Translations under genes and position numbers: made by a program | Shown: one piece after another, positions 1 through 11,886 of the stretch | Numbering within the stretch: the first letter of the stretch is position 1 | How the letters are laid out: each line of letters starts with the position of its first letter | DNA from: Moniliella sp. 'wahieum' | Taxonomy: Eukaryota | Direction of reading: 5' to 3' | DNA: 64,000 bases | NCBI GenBank assembly: GCA_003971905.1 | Contig: RSEE01000014.1 | Coordinates: 186,001-250,000 of the forward strand | The notes under the pieces: generated by a model | Database searches by the model: none | Told to the model about the DNA's origin: nothing | The model's input: only the letters and a program-made list of their open reading frames with translations

Positions 1-829
1 TTGCACCAAGAGAGGCAGGGTGCAGTCCCATCCTGAAGATTGTGCACTCCATTCAGGGCATACTTGTGTTTTCAATCGACCGACGGCGTGGAGAGAGGAA
101 TGAGAGAGAACGCGACAGGAAGAAGACCAGGTTAGGAGTGATGGTGCCAGAGAGACGCGTTTGTGCATCAGGGAGGGAGGTGGACCTCACCTTGAGGAAC
201 TCGGGTACAAAGGAGGCCAACGCGGGTCCCCATGGTCGCACCCAAGCCACCCCCTTCTTCTCTCTGGTCGTATGCATGCGATGCGCGCGGGGTAATACAC
301 GGGTAATAGTCATGGCTCCTTGATCGATCAACAACAAGTGGAAGACTGGGGATTCCATATTCCCTCGTATTCGGATCAGACTCCTTGGATAGATGCGGTT
401 GCACGTGCAACTGCATCGGAGATACCGGTTCAACCAAGTGATCGTCGAAAAAACGCTGGCACATTTCGGTGCTCCTCGGCTTCAGACCTGCTTCCGGTCT
501 CAGGCCTCTCATATAACCCTCGCAGGGTGGATACCTGCGCCCGATTTTTTCCTGCGCCGGCCCCACCTCCCGTACTAACCTTAACGTCTTCAACCCCGTT
601 ACGCGTTACGCTCTCTCCGTCCGACCCCTCTCTCTTTCATGTTCCCAGCGCCTGAACAGGCGGCGGCTGCCGTCCATCCCACAATAGAGGGCACTCGCCC
701 TACCGACGACGAAACCAGCACTTTGGTATCCCAACCGAGCATTGGGACGAGCTTGACGATGCAGACCGCGACTTGATCCGCGTCGCCTCTCGCCAGGGGG
801 GCTTATCCCCCGTCCATTCCCAAGACACG

Positions 830-2724
830 ATGGGTGGTGATCCTGAGAAGGGAATTGGTCATGCCATGCCGGCGGCTAGCGAGACCAAGACGGACAGCCT
901 GCCCCATACTGACCTTGAGGCTCACAATCAGTGGGCCGATCTGGGCTTGTGCCTCTTTCCTTCACAGCAGCAAAACAAAGAACAAATTATCGTTCATTGG
1001 GAGTCCAATGACGATCCCGAAAACCCCTTGACTTGGAGCCCAGTTTATCGGTACGCTCTTGCTCGTCCCGGACCTGTTTTGTGTCGACCCTGAGGACCAA
1101 AACTGACGCTTTTTTTGTGGATTGACAATACTAGCGGTACATTACCATGCTGGTCGGTTTCCTGGTCTTCAACTCGACTTTTGTTTCTACTATCCCCCAG
1201 GGCACGATGGAACAAATCTTGGTCAAGTTTCACGTGTCGAAGAAGTGGGACATTGGTCATCTCGGTGACGTCTATCGTTGTGCCCCTCCCGTATGTGTGT
1301 TTTACTTGCATATTATCACTTTGCCTCCCCTCCTGTTTCTGTCGGAGAGTGTACTTACCATACGTGTTGCCTTAACTACAGATCTACGTCGCAGGATATT
1401 TGTTGGGCCCATTGATTTGGGCGCCTCTGACAGAAAGAGTCGGCCGATACACCTTCTGTTATAGCCCTCGTCGGATTTGTCTCCTTCAACTTGGGGTGCG
1501 CGCTTTCGAAAAATATTGGGTCCTGCTCGTCTTTCGATTTTTGACGGGTGTGTTTGGCGCCTGTCCCCTAACCACTGCAGGTGCTGTCCTCTTTGACATT
1601 TGGAAACCCAGGGTACGTCCCCCCTTTATGAAGGAAGTTACAGTTGGTAGCGGAGCGCAAGCTGATTCATCCCCCACCCTTCCCAGCCACGTGGGTATGC
1701 GATGGTTTCCTTCTCGCTTGCTCCTTCGGCCGGGCCAGCGTTGGGCCCGATCGTTTCAGGTGCAATTCAGGTAACAGGTACGTCATGGCGCTGGGCGTTC
1801 TATGTGTCCGTCATCTTCAGTGGTGCCATGCTACTGCTTACTACCCTGACGCTTCGGGAACCTGCCCGGTTCTCTTGGCTCGCAAAGCACTTCGCCTTCG
1901 TAAAACGCACAAAGACGAACGCTACGTTGCACCAATAGAGCTAGTCGAATTTAAGCCCAAGGACTTTGCCTATCAGCTTTTTCTCAAACCTTTGGTCATG
2001 ATGGCCACCGAGCCCATGCTCCTCTCTGTTCTGTCTTCCTTGCTTACGGTACGTTCCCTTGAGTATCCTCTTCGTGTATCCACCCCCCCCCCTCATCTCA
2101 GTATTAGTATATTGACGCATGCATAACCAGGGTATGGACTCTTGTACCTTCTGTTTGAGTTTTACTCGACGTACCACACTATTTACGGTCTCAATGCTCT
2201 GCAGGAAGGACTTACCTTCTTACCGTTTTTCCTCGGTAACGTTGGTTGCTGTCTATTCTATGCCTCTTACCTTGCCACGCTACAACCGCCAACTCGATGA
2301 AGCTCATTCGTGGCGAGACCAAGTTACCACCTGAAGCTCGCCTGCCCATCTGCAAGATCTGTGGTCCCGCTGGCCATCAGTTTCTTCTGGTTTGGTTGGT
2401 CCAACTACAAAGAGGCGACGTTGTGGGCCCCGTTATTAAGTGGCCTATTGATCGGCGCTGCCGTTTGCGCCCTCTTTCTCGCCCTTACAACGTACGTGGT
2501 CGAGACGTACCAATCCAATGCGGCGTCCGGTTTGGCTGCCCAGACCATCCTTCGGTCGCGACAGGCGCCGGGTTGCCATTGGTCGCTCAGGCCATGTTGT
2601 CCAACATGCATGTTCATTGGGCCTCGACCCTGCTGGCTTTCTTGGCTCTCCTATGACACCCATCCCCTTTGTGTTGGAACGGTGGGGGGAACAGTTGCGT
2701 ACCAAGTCGCGCTTCGCCTTTTGA
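830..2724 (+). CDS. MFS drug:H+ antiporter (DHA1 family) transporter; multi-exon with several apparent frameshifts
   Basis: Collinear fragments across frames: IIVHWESNDDPENPLTWS (DHA1 N-terminal motif), GPLIWAPLTERVGR (motif A), LLVFRFLTGVFG, GPALGPIVSG, WRWAFY, PPEARLP, YVVETYQSNAASGLAAQTILRS, PIPFVLERWGEQLRTKSRFAF*. ATG at 830. Confidence 0.85.
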
Positions 2725-3389
2725 CACCTTATATACCGTATTACCTCCCTTTCTATCAGCCTTGAGTGGTCATGCCAAAACACACATGCAGCGCTCACTG
2801 CCCAATCTATATACCATTCAGGTATGGCATCGTGGAAAACTACAGTGTGAAGAAAGGCCAAGCAGTAGCCTTGGTGTAACTGATTCAGAAGGGTGTGGGC
2901 TTATGGGTGGCAGAAGGCGGGGGCGCAATGGATGAATGTACTTCGAGGGAGGGGGGGGGCTGCGAGGCACAAAAGTGCACATAATAGACACAAAATGGCA
3001 TTTTTTTTCCAAGCTCAACAGAGCACATCTCGACGGCTTGCGGGTTTGGGTGGTAAAAACCAAGCAAGCGTGGTTGATGGCGGTGGGACGATCGTGGCCG
3101 GGACGCATGCCCCGGGGTTTGTGGACTGAAGGTGGAGCGTTGGGTGTCGTTTTGCGTTATTAACCTCCCCTAGAGTTAGCCGCTGGTTAATTAGCGTCGT
3201 CGACCAACTGAGCCAACATAGATATTTGAAGCGGGCGGAATGGGCGGAAGCGGCGGGCGCGATCGTGTTGCGCTCCAATTTCCAACCCAACCAAAATCGC
3301 ATCTGGGCCGAAGCGACCCGCGACGAAGCCGCGACGAATCCACGGCCGACGTGCCCACCACCACCACCTTGCCCAGCTGTCTGCCCGCC

Positions 3390-5251
3390 ATGGCGTTCAA
3401 CTTCAATAGCAGCGCCGCCAAGCCCGCAGGGGAAGCGCCCAAGTTCTCCTTCGGCGCTCCTGCCACCACTACCGCGCCCGCGCCAGCGCCCCCGCCGCCC
3501 AGCTACCACCTTCAGCTTTGGTGCCGCACCCGCCACCACAACTGCCGCCCCAGCTGCTGGCAGTCTCTTTGGCCAGGCTGCCAAGCCCGCCGCTGCCCCT
3601 GCTGCCGGAACCGGCCTCTTTGGTCAGGCGGCCAAGCCTGCGGACGCGTCTACGACCGCGCCTGCTGCTGGCGCTGGCCTCTTTGGTCAGGCGGCCAAGC
3701 CTGCGGCCGCGCCCGCTGCTGGGGCCAGCCTCTTTGGTCAGGCAGCCGCGCCTGCGGCCGCGCCTACTGCTACTACGGGCCTCTTTGGTCAGGCAGCCAA
3801 GCCCGCTGCTGCCCGGCTAGCGGGACTGGACTTTTTGGCCAGGCGCACCCCAGCGGCAGGTACGACTCCTTCCTTGTTTGGCGCCAAACTCTCCGGCCAC
3901 TACCGCCGCTGCGGGTGGGACCACGCCCAAACCTGCTCTACGGGTTGTTTGGATCTACTACGCCTGCCACCTCGGCCGCTCCGGCTCCGGCTCCGGCTGC
4001 AGCTGCGGGAACAGGGCTGTTCAACTTTGGAAGTAAACCGGCCAGCACACCTGCCACGACTGCTGGAACTACCACCCCTGCCCGGCGACCGAAGCGGGGC
4101 CAAACCCTTGTTTGGTTTGGGGCGCCGACTACCTCGGCAGCTCCGGCTACACGGCCCGGCCGCAGAGAGCAAACCTGCATTTAGCTTTGGTGGACAGACT
4201 GCCTCGGCTGCCTCTACAGCTCCGGCGGCGGCGACGACCAGCCGGCTCTTAGCTTTGGTGCTCAGCTACCTCTGCGGCTCCTACAACTACAGCTGCGCCT
4301 CCACTACCGCCCGGCCTCGACTCCTGCCGCTGGCGGGCTGTTCGCGCCCAAGACTGCGACGGCGACAGCGACAGCGACGCCGGGGACAACGACGACGCCG
4401 GCCACTGGAGCAACTGCACCTGCTGCGACTGCTGGTGCGAGACCGGTGCACCGGCTGCGGCAGGAACAGGAACGACCGGAACCGGGGAGCGACGACTACG
4501 TTGGTCGCGCCAGCACCTTCGCAGTTGCGTGGACGCAGCATGGAAGAAATTGTCAACGGGAGAACGCCGAGTTGGAAAGTTCGGTGCGTGCGTTCCGGTC
4601 GCAAGCAGCGGAAAGTGGCGTCGCTGGATAGTGTGCTGCGAAAGAGTGGAGCGGCACTGGGTCAGCTCGACACGGGCTCCACGCTGCAGAGGCGCGGCCA
4701 GCATGCGCTGGGTCAGTCGTTGGATGACATTGAGGCGGAACGGCGGCGTTGTCGGCTCGTTGACCAGTATGAAGCTACATTGCAGGCGCCCAAAAGAAGG
4801 ACCGTTCGCTTCGCAAGGCCGGCCTCGTTGGCAGATGCCGATGCGGGCTGGCGAATGCCGAGCGGGAACGAGCGTACGTTGCATCTCCATGCTGCGGTCA
4901 CTGTGGTGACGTGATGGGAACAAGCAAACTAACATGAGATATGCGCAGCTACTCGTTGGCCGAAACGCTCAACCTCCAAGAAGACGATGCGGCACGCAAC
5001 GTAGGTGGGATCATTGCGCAAGTCAATGCCTCACCGCCCCAACCGGCATCGACGGAGCAGGACGGCGAGGAGCTGAACGCGGTGGGCGGGCAGGCGAGGA
5101 GGATGCAGTGGCTCAGATCGCCGCCATCTTAAATGCGCACCTGGGCTCGCTGCGCTGGTCGACGAGACGGCAACGGCACTGCGGACCGTCTGGCTGCGCT
5201 CCGGAGGGGACACACCGATGCGGCAGCCGTCGTGGCGGCGCTGAGGCCTGA
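3390..5251 (+). CDS. NSP1: FG-repeat nucleoporin Nsp1/Nup62
   Basis: MAFNFNSS start; many GLFGQ/FSFG repeats; then APAPSQLRGRSMEEIVN..ELESSVRAFRSQA and DAVAQIAAILNAHLGSLRW, typical of the Nsp1 C-terminal coiled coil. Likely intron near 4875-4950. Confidence 0.88.
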
Positions 5252-5530
5252 GGGATGGCGTGTGGCGTGTCCCCCTCTGGTAACGTGGTGCGTCTGCGAT
5301 GCGTCTGGGAGCGCTCGAGCACACGCGGGCATGGCCTGGAAGGGGGGCAGAGAGCGGAGGATGTGTTTCGCACAAGAAGAATTGTACAAGCTTTTGTCCG
5401 GCAGCCGTTGCAGCTTCAAGGGGAGTGGAATGGGGGGATGTAAGTTGGGAGAGGCGCGTGAGGCTCACACCTGAGGGCCTATGGACAGCAGACAGCAGCG
5501 ACAGAGTCATCTTTTCGTCTGACGAGCAAG

Positions 5531-5590
5531 GTTAACACGTTAACGTTTAACCGTTAACCGTTAATCGAGTTAATCGTTAATCGTCAATCG
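5531..5590. repeat. Degenerate tandem array of (C)GTTAA(C/T) units in the NSP1-HD1 intergenic region
   Basis: gttaacacgttaacgtttaaccgttaaccgttaatcgagttaatcgttaatcgtcaatcg, read directly. Confidence 0.75.
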
Positions 5591-6122
5591 TTTGTATCGG
5601 CCATCCCCAGTAGGGTGGAGCCGCGCAGCGCAGCGGGAGTGCCGAGGGAAGAGAAGCGTCGGAGCCCCCCCTGCACAGTGGCGCTGCGCCTGGGAGCGGC
5701 AGTGCCGAACCCTAGCTGGCTACAGCTCGTGTGCAAGGGGGGAGCACAGCGCCGGCAGCGGGGCAGTGTGTTACATGTGTCGTATATCGGGCAGTGCGAC
5801 ACGGGCGCCGTGCGGCCAGGGGGGATGTGCGCTCTGCGGCGCTTCTCTGGTGCCTCTGTTGGGCTACTCGGGGGCTACTCAGTACTCCGTTGAGTACTCA
5901 GCTGCTCCTCAGCTGCTCCTCAGCTGCTCCTGTGGTGCTCCTCTGCCCTCGCCTGCCTCGCCTGCCCGCCTCCCCTCCGCCCCGTCTGCGGCTGCCGTCT
6001 TGCTACCACCCCTGCGCTGCACATTGCCGCCCACTCAGCTGCCCGCCCAACCCATTTCGCCCGTCCTCGCCCGCTCACAACAGAGCGTTCCTCCCCGCTC
6101 CCCCCCCCCCCCCCCCGCCACC

Positions 6123-7875
6123 ATGTCCGCGCCCACTCCACACCCTTTCAGCCACACCCTCCTCCAGATCCTGCGCTGATCGCGCTCCCAACTTGTGCCT
6201 TCTTCTTTCCCATGCCGATGATGCCGATGCTGATGCCGATGCCGATGCCGATGCTGAAGCCGATTCCGATGCCGATGCCGATGCCGATCCCTTTCATCGC
6301 CCCTCGGACTCCGACGGCCCCGTCGCTCCTCCTCCCGATCCCGCCTTGGCGCCGCTCGCTATTTGGGCACGCGCCACCAGCCAGCTCCCGCGCTTGGACA
6401 ACATCGGCGTGATCACTTTGTCGATCTGCTCTCCCGGATCGACACTTCCTCTCCCTCGACTGCTGATGAACCCACTGGTAAGACTAGTACCAATAGTGCC
6501 ACGTACCCTGACGCTTCCGAGTCGCAGGTGTCTTCCGCGATTCTAGCCCGGCGACTGTGGATGGTGCAACACTTTGATTATCTCTTCCCTACCAATGAGG
6601 AGAAGACCCTGATGCGTGAGAACCATTCGTTCGCCCCCACCAACAGCCTGTCGGGAGAAAGCACCGACGTAGTGGCAGATGGTACGGTTTCCACGGCTGC
6701 TACGACCAAGGCCGATATCCGACGTGCCAACAAGAGCATTGATCAGTGGTTCACCAATTCCCGCCGCCGGCTGTTCTGGACCACATTTTACCGCACCTAC
6801 GCCAACGAGGACCGGGACAAGATGAAACGCATTACAAACCAGTGCTGGTTGATGCAGGCTCTCATCCCTTGGGGCGTGGAGGGGAAGGAAGGGTTGGACC
6901 ATATCGACCCAAAGAGCATGGACGATCTACGCTCCATCCTCGCCCAGCCCGTCAATGCCAAACCAAAAGTACTTCGTAAACCGTCCCAGTCCAAATCGCG
7001 CAACCAGCCACAAGGCAAATCCAAGTCGTGGATCAAAGAAACCCCTATCAACTTGCAACAGCGCACACCTAGTGCCGAGACCTGTTTTGCGGACTTTCAA
7101 GAGGTGGTACGTAACATGGCCATGTCGGATGTCGAACGTGTCGGTCCCTGGCTCGATAAAGTCAACGGTCAATCCTGCTTGATATATGGCACGCCTTACG
7201 TCGGCCCCGTGTCCAATGTCGAGATGGAATGGAGCTTACGTCGAATGGGGCCCACGTACAGTCCCGAGCTTGTCGCCGACTCGTATGTTTATTTGTTTTG
7301 TTTTTTACTCTATTATCTGCCTCGTTCTTCCCATACTGACATATCTCCCATCCGTTTTTCTCTTTCAACAGAGTCCCCCCTTCTTCACCGGCAACAGCCG
7401 CCTCGTCCAACCCAGGCAACAGTACTGGTGACACATCTCAACGCGAATCGGAAGCGTTTCCCAACAGTCCCAAGAATCCTAGCACTGACAACCTTTCCAC
7501 TTGGCCTTATCATTCAAGTGACGGTTCATCCGATCTTAATAGTAGCTTAAGATATCCCCGCCCGTGCAACCGACCAATGCACTGCCCACCGAAGCCTCCC
7601 AACCATCTAGATTTGTCCCCCCGGCTTTCAATTCGATGGTACCGAACCCATACGCGAACCCGTATGATGGCTTCCGCCAAGCTATGCCGAACCCACATCT
7701 GAGCATGCCTACTTACGGGTTGGGCCTACCCCCTGACCTGTACAGTAACAATATCCCACTTTCCGCGCTTTGGCCGTCATCAGAACCCGTTACGGCAGGC
7801 CCCATGAACATGTTCCTTGACCCCTCCGTCCCACCCAGCCTTAACTCCCCGTTTTATTTCAACAATCTCTCCTAG
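6123..7875 (+). CDS. HD1-class (bE/bEast-like) mating-type homeodomain transcription factor
   Basis: WMVQHFDYLFPTNEEK...IDQWFTNSRRRLFWTTFYRTYANEDRDKMK, then FQEVVRNMAMSDVERVGPWLDKV. These parallel my recollection of Ustilago bE (YPTQEEK...[27 protein letters not shown]...KEKVGDWV). Intron about 7283-7371 (GTATGT..CTGAC..CAG). Frameshifts in the N-terminal part. Confidence 0.8.
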
Positions 7876-9086
7876 GACGTTTGAGCACCCCCCCCCCCCC
7901 CACAGGCTGCTCTTCATCTGCTCCCCCGTCTTATCTTGTCTTCTTTCGTCTTCTCTCGTCTTTTCTTTCGTCTTCTCTCGTCCTCCTGATGGTTCAGTTG
8001 GCACGACGGTGAGGTACCAACACCGATTCTTTTTTCACATGGATCTTCCACGAGAGGAAATAGTCAGTTAGCTCATCCTCTCTCTCATTTACTTTACCCT
8101 GACCTGCTATATCTCCCCAGTCCCCGCGCTGCTCCTATGCCACGCTCTCTCATCACATATTACGTCGGTCGAGATGGCAGGTTTTTGCACCAGGTTTCAG
8201 CCACATCATTCTGTTGCAGGTTCAACGGCCTGATGTGCGTGTCACAGTCCTTACCCCCCCCCCCCTTGTCTATCTGATCTCATCTTCCCTCTTTTCCTCC
8301 CACCGCAAATTCATATACTGCCGTTCGCCCTGCCCTGTTCCGCCTCGCTCTATGCTCTTCCTGCTGGATCTAGCTCCGTGCATCGTGCTCCGTGTTATTT
8401 CTGTCCTTCTAGTTCTGGCCGGTCCCACAGCATCGACATGCCATGTTCTCGTGCGGTTTTTTTGGGGGGGAGGCACACATTATTGCTACCTGGTACGTAG
8501 GTGGTATTGTACTGTTTGTGTTGCTATAACTATAACCCCATCCGTGAAGTGACTACTACTAGTGACTTGTGAGTACCGAAACGACGGTGCAGAGCAACCC
8601 AAAAATGTACTGCAAATATGCTGCCACATTGCAGGTGTCTGTATACGTCTCTCTTCTCTTCGTTGCGTACACACAGTACCGGATTCAGAACGGGGGACAA
8701 CTGTAGAAGATATACTACCCCTTTTTCGGCGCACTTGGCATCGCAGCCAGTACTACCTATTCCCAACCCCAGATCTGACCGAACCGAGCAGCGGCACCAG
8801 CTACAATACTACCGAATACCAACGCAGCTGTACATTGCTCGATCAACGTGATCAACTGTGTGCGGTCCACAGAGGAGCAAAGGCGGAGAGAGTGAAGCTT
8901 GTCATTGGATGCCATGTTAACAAGAAGTACTAACAAGGCATTTCATCGATCATCAGGGTGGCGGTGGGGGGGGGGGCAATCCCATCTCATTGCAACAGAA
9001 GAAAAAAACCGTGGGAAGGAACCGACGACAGAGAGCTCCCTTCCTCCCCATTTGCAGATGCAGATGCAGATGCAGATGCAGATGCG

Positions 9087-10883
9087 TCACGTTTGACTTC
9101 CCGCTGTCGTAGGCGGCCGGGGATGAAGGAGGGAAGGAATGGGATTGGCAAAGATGGGATTTGCCGCCAACGTACTCACAGGTCCAAATAACTTCTCCGC
9201 AACCACATTCGCTCGTACATTCAGTTCCTTCCACATTCGTACCTCCACATCTTCCCCCGCGCCAATCCCTTTCCCATTCCCTGTACCGGTACCGGGATCT
9301 TGACCGGTAGCTGTAGCTGTGCTCCTACCGGGCTCCTCCTCCCGCGGCTGCAGCAACACGTCCCCCGGTACATCCGCCATCGAACCCACATCTTCCTCTT
9401 CTTCTTCATCCTCTGCCCCCGACACGGGCATCTCGCAGTTCAACACGAGCAGAAACATCGGTTGCGGTACACTTGCACTTTCGCCCGCGCTGATAGGCGT
9501 CCCCAGCCCCGAAGCTAGACTGTGGTGACTGTTGCTCACGCTCCCGGGCGTATGCGCCCCGTGCGAAGGGGGCGTAGAAGCTCGTGTCTTGCCCACTAGC
9601 GGAAGCGTAAGTACTGCGCCCATCTGAGTTCCCGCACAAAGTCAGTATCCTTACACTTGGGTTCTCGGTACCTACCCCCCCCCCCCCCCGCCCGCTTTGT
9701 TCCACAGTACCAGATCAAGCCAACACCAAACACCAAACGCCAAACCCACCACCAAACCCAACCAAGAGAGAGAAAACGTACCTCGCACGTATTGAGCAAG
9801 GGGACGATGCGCTGCGGCGGGTCGTCCGGCGGGGGGCATCGGGGTCGGCGCCTACTGAGCCAGAGGATCGCGAACGGTCTGCCTGATCCGATCGGGTAGC
9901 CGGGACAATCATACCGGGATGCAAGATCGGGCCTTGCTCTTCCTCCTCATCTTCTTTCGATGGTGACGGACTGGGATCGCGTTCGCGTTCGCGTTCCCGT
10001 TCGCGCGCTCCAAAGCCCATCGCAGCAGCTGGCGCAGACGTAGGCGTCGGCATCGACATGCCCATCCCCATCCCCGTGCTCATCCCCGTGCTCGTCCCCG
10101 TGCTCATCCCCGTGCCCATCCCCACCGCACGCGACGATCGAACGTCCGCGTCGTACACTTTGCGCGCCTCCCGGTCCCTTTCCCTTTCCCTTTCGCGCTC
10201 CCATCCTCCCGTCCCACTTGTTTGCGTCCCCGATCGCGACCGACCCGTCGGCGTCCGATCCCGTTCTCGCCCGTCCCGATCTTTCTCTTTCTCTTGTCCT
10301 TGTCCTTGTCCTTTTGATTTTCCTTATCCTTCTCCCGCTCGGCGGTACGCGCAACACTGCTTCGTGCGCGGGGCGCGCGCGGGGTGGCAGCATGCGAATG
10401 GGCAAGGTGACCTGTAGAACTAGGATAAGGGTACCGAGACTGCAATTGCTCCATAGCTTGGCGCCACGAAAGTGACGCCACTGCACCTAGAGCTTGGACC
10501 CGTTCTTGCCCCGTTAACGAGTCCAGTTCCTCTGCCCCGCTTGGGGCAGGTAGCAGCCCAAGTGCCGGTGGAGGATGGGGCACCATCAGCCCACGAAGCG
10601 ACTCGGCCACAGGTGTAAAGTCCCCCGTCCACGCGCCTGGAAGCACAGTCTGCGGTTGCGGTTGGGCGGGGGTGTGGTAGTGGGTGTGGTAGTGGGTGTG
10701 CGTAGGGCGGGCGGCAGAGGCAGCTTGACGCTCGTTGGGCACGTCGAGCGCAGTGGCAAATGCATAGACGGCGCCGCTGTCAGGGAGCACGATGATGGCG
10801 GTGTGCGGTGTGCCGGGCTCAGCTTCGCCGGGCGCAGCAACGCTCTTGGCCAGAACCGAGGTGAACTTTTTGATGCGCACCAT
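9087..10883 (-). CDS. LAMTOR2/Lam2-like roadblock-domain protein with very long low-complexity insertions
   Basis: Ordered blocks MVRIKKFTSVLAKSV..HTAIIVLPDSGAVYAFA / ERVQALGAVASLSWRQA / IVPLLNTCE|MGAVLTLPLV / MFLLVLNCE / MWKELNVRANVVAEKLFGPVSTLA follow the LAMTOR2 element order. Intron 9624-9781 (GTACGT..TACTGAC..CAG). Confidence 0.65.
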
Positions 10884-11886
10884 GGGGGGGCGTGCAGACA
10901 GGCGGAGGGGACGGCGAGGATCATGAGGAGGATCTATCGACGAACCCATATCGATCCGCGCGCTGCCATCGACCGCCATTCAATTTGAATCTCGACTGGC
11001 TATCAGAACAAGGAGACTACCGGTGCAACATCCCGCCTGCGCTGGTTCCGCTGTGCGTTCCGCCTGGCGTGTGTGCTGCGTTGGGGGGACAGGGGGGGTA
11101 GGGTTGGACGTTGGACGTTGGACGTTGGGGCAGGCTAGGCATGTGACGTAAGCAACAATCGGGGGGGCGGGTGGCAAGGTGAAATTTGAAAGTGAAATGG
11201 GTGATGTGCGACGGTGTCGTGTGTGCTGTGTCATGTGCATGTCATGTGACAGACATGCGACGTGGCATGCGTGGCATGTGGGTGGGTTGCAAGTGCGCCA
11301 TGCGCTGATCCCGTGCTGGCGCTGCGAACGATCATCGGTAATCGATTGTCATCAATGGGGGTCAGCCGGCCAGACCTGAGTTCGATCATGCGCCACTGGC
11401 CATGGGATTGGTAATGCTGGGTTGAACGTTTGAGTGTGGATCAGCGGCGATCCTTCTGGCGTGCTGGGTGGGGATGCCGATGACGAGGACCTGCGCGTTG
11501 GGGAAGGTGGGCCGAGCGTGTGTCTTCCGCCCGGCGTGGCTCGCGCTGGTTCCGCCGCGCTCCCCTATTCACGCAGCGGTGTGGTGCGGTGGGAGGCTGT
11601 CACACAGAGACGATGGGTGATGGGCCCAGACGCCACGCACGCGCCAACTCCGGAATTGCAATTTCCAAATCGAGGGGACCGCCCGGGCGTGGCACGAGGC
11701 AGGCTGGGGGCCGGCGCACCCAACACCCACGGCTGGCCGCCCCGTGCTGGAGAGTGCATTATGGCGTCTACGCCCGCCCGCGGCCGCCACCGGTCTTCTT
11801 ATAAGCCCCTCTTGTCTGGGTTTTTGTCTGCATTCTTCCCCTCCCCTCCCCTCCCCTGCTCCCACACTCTCCTTTCGCTGCCCACC

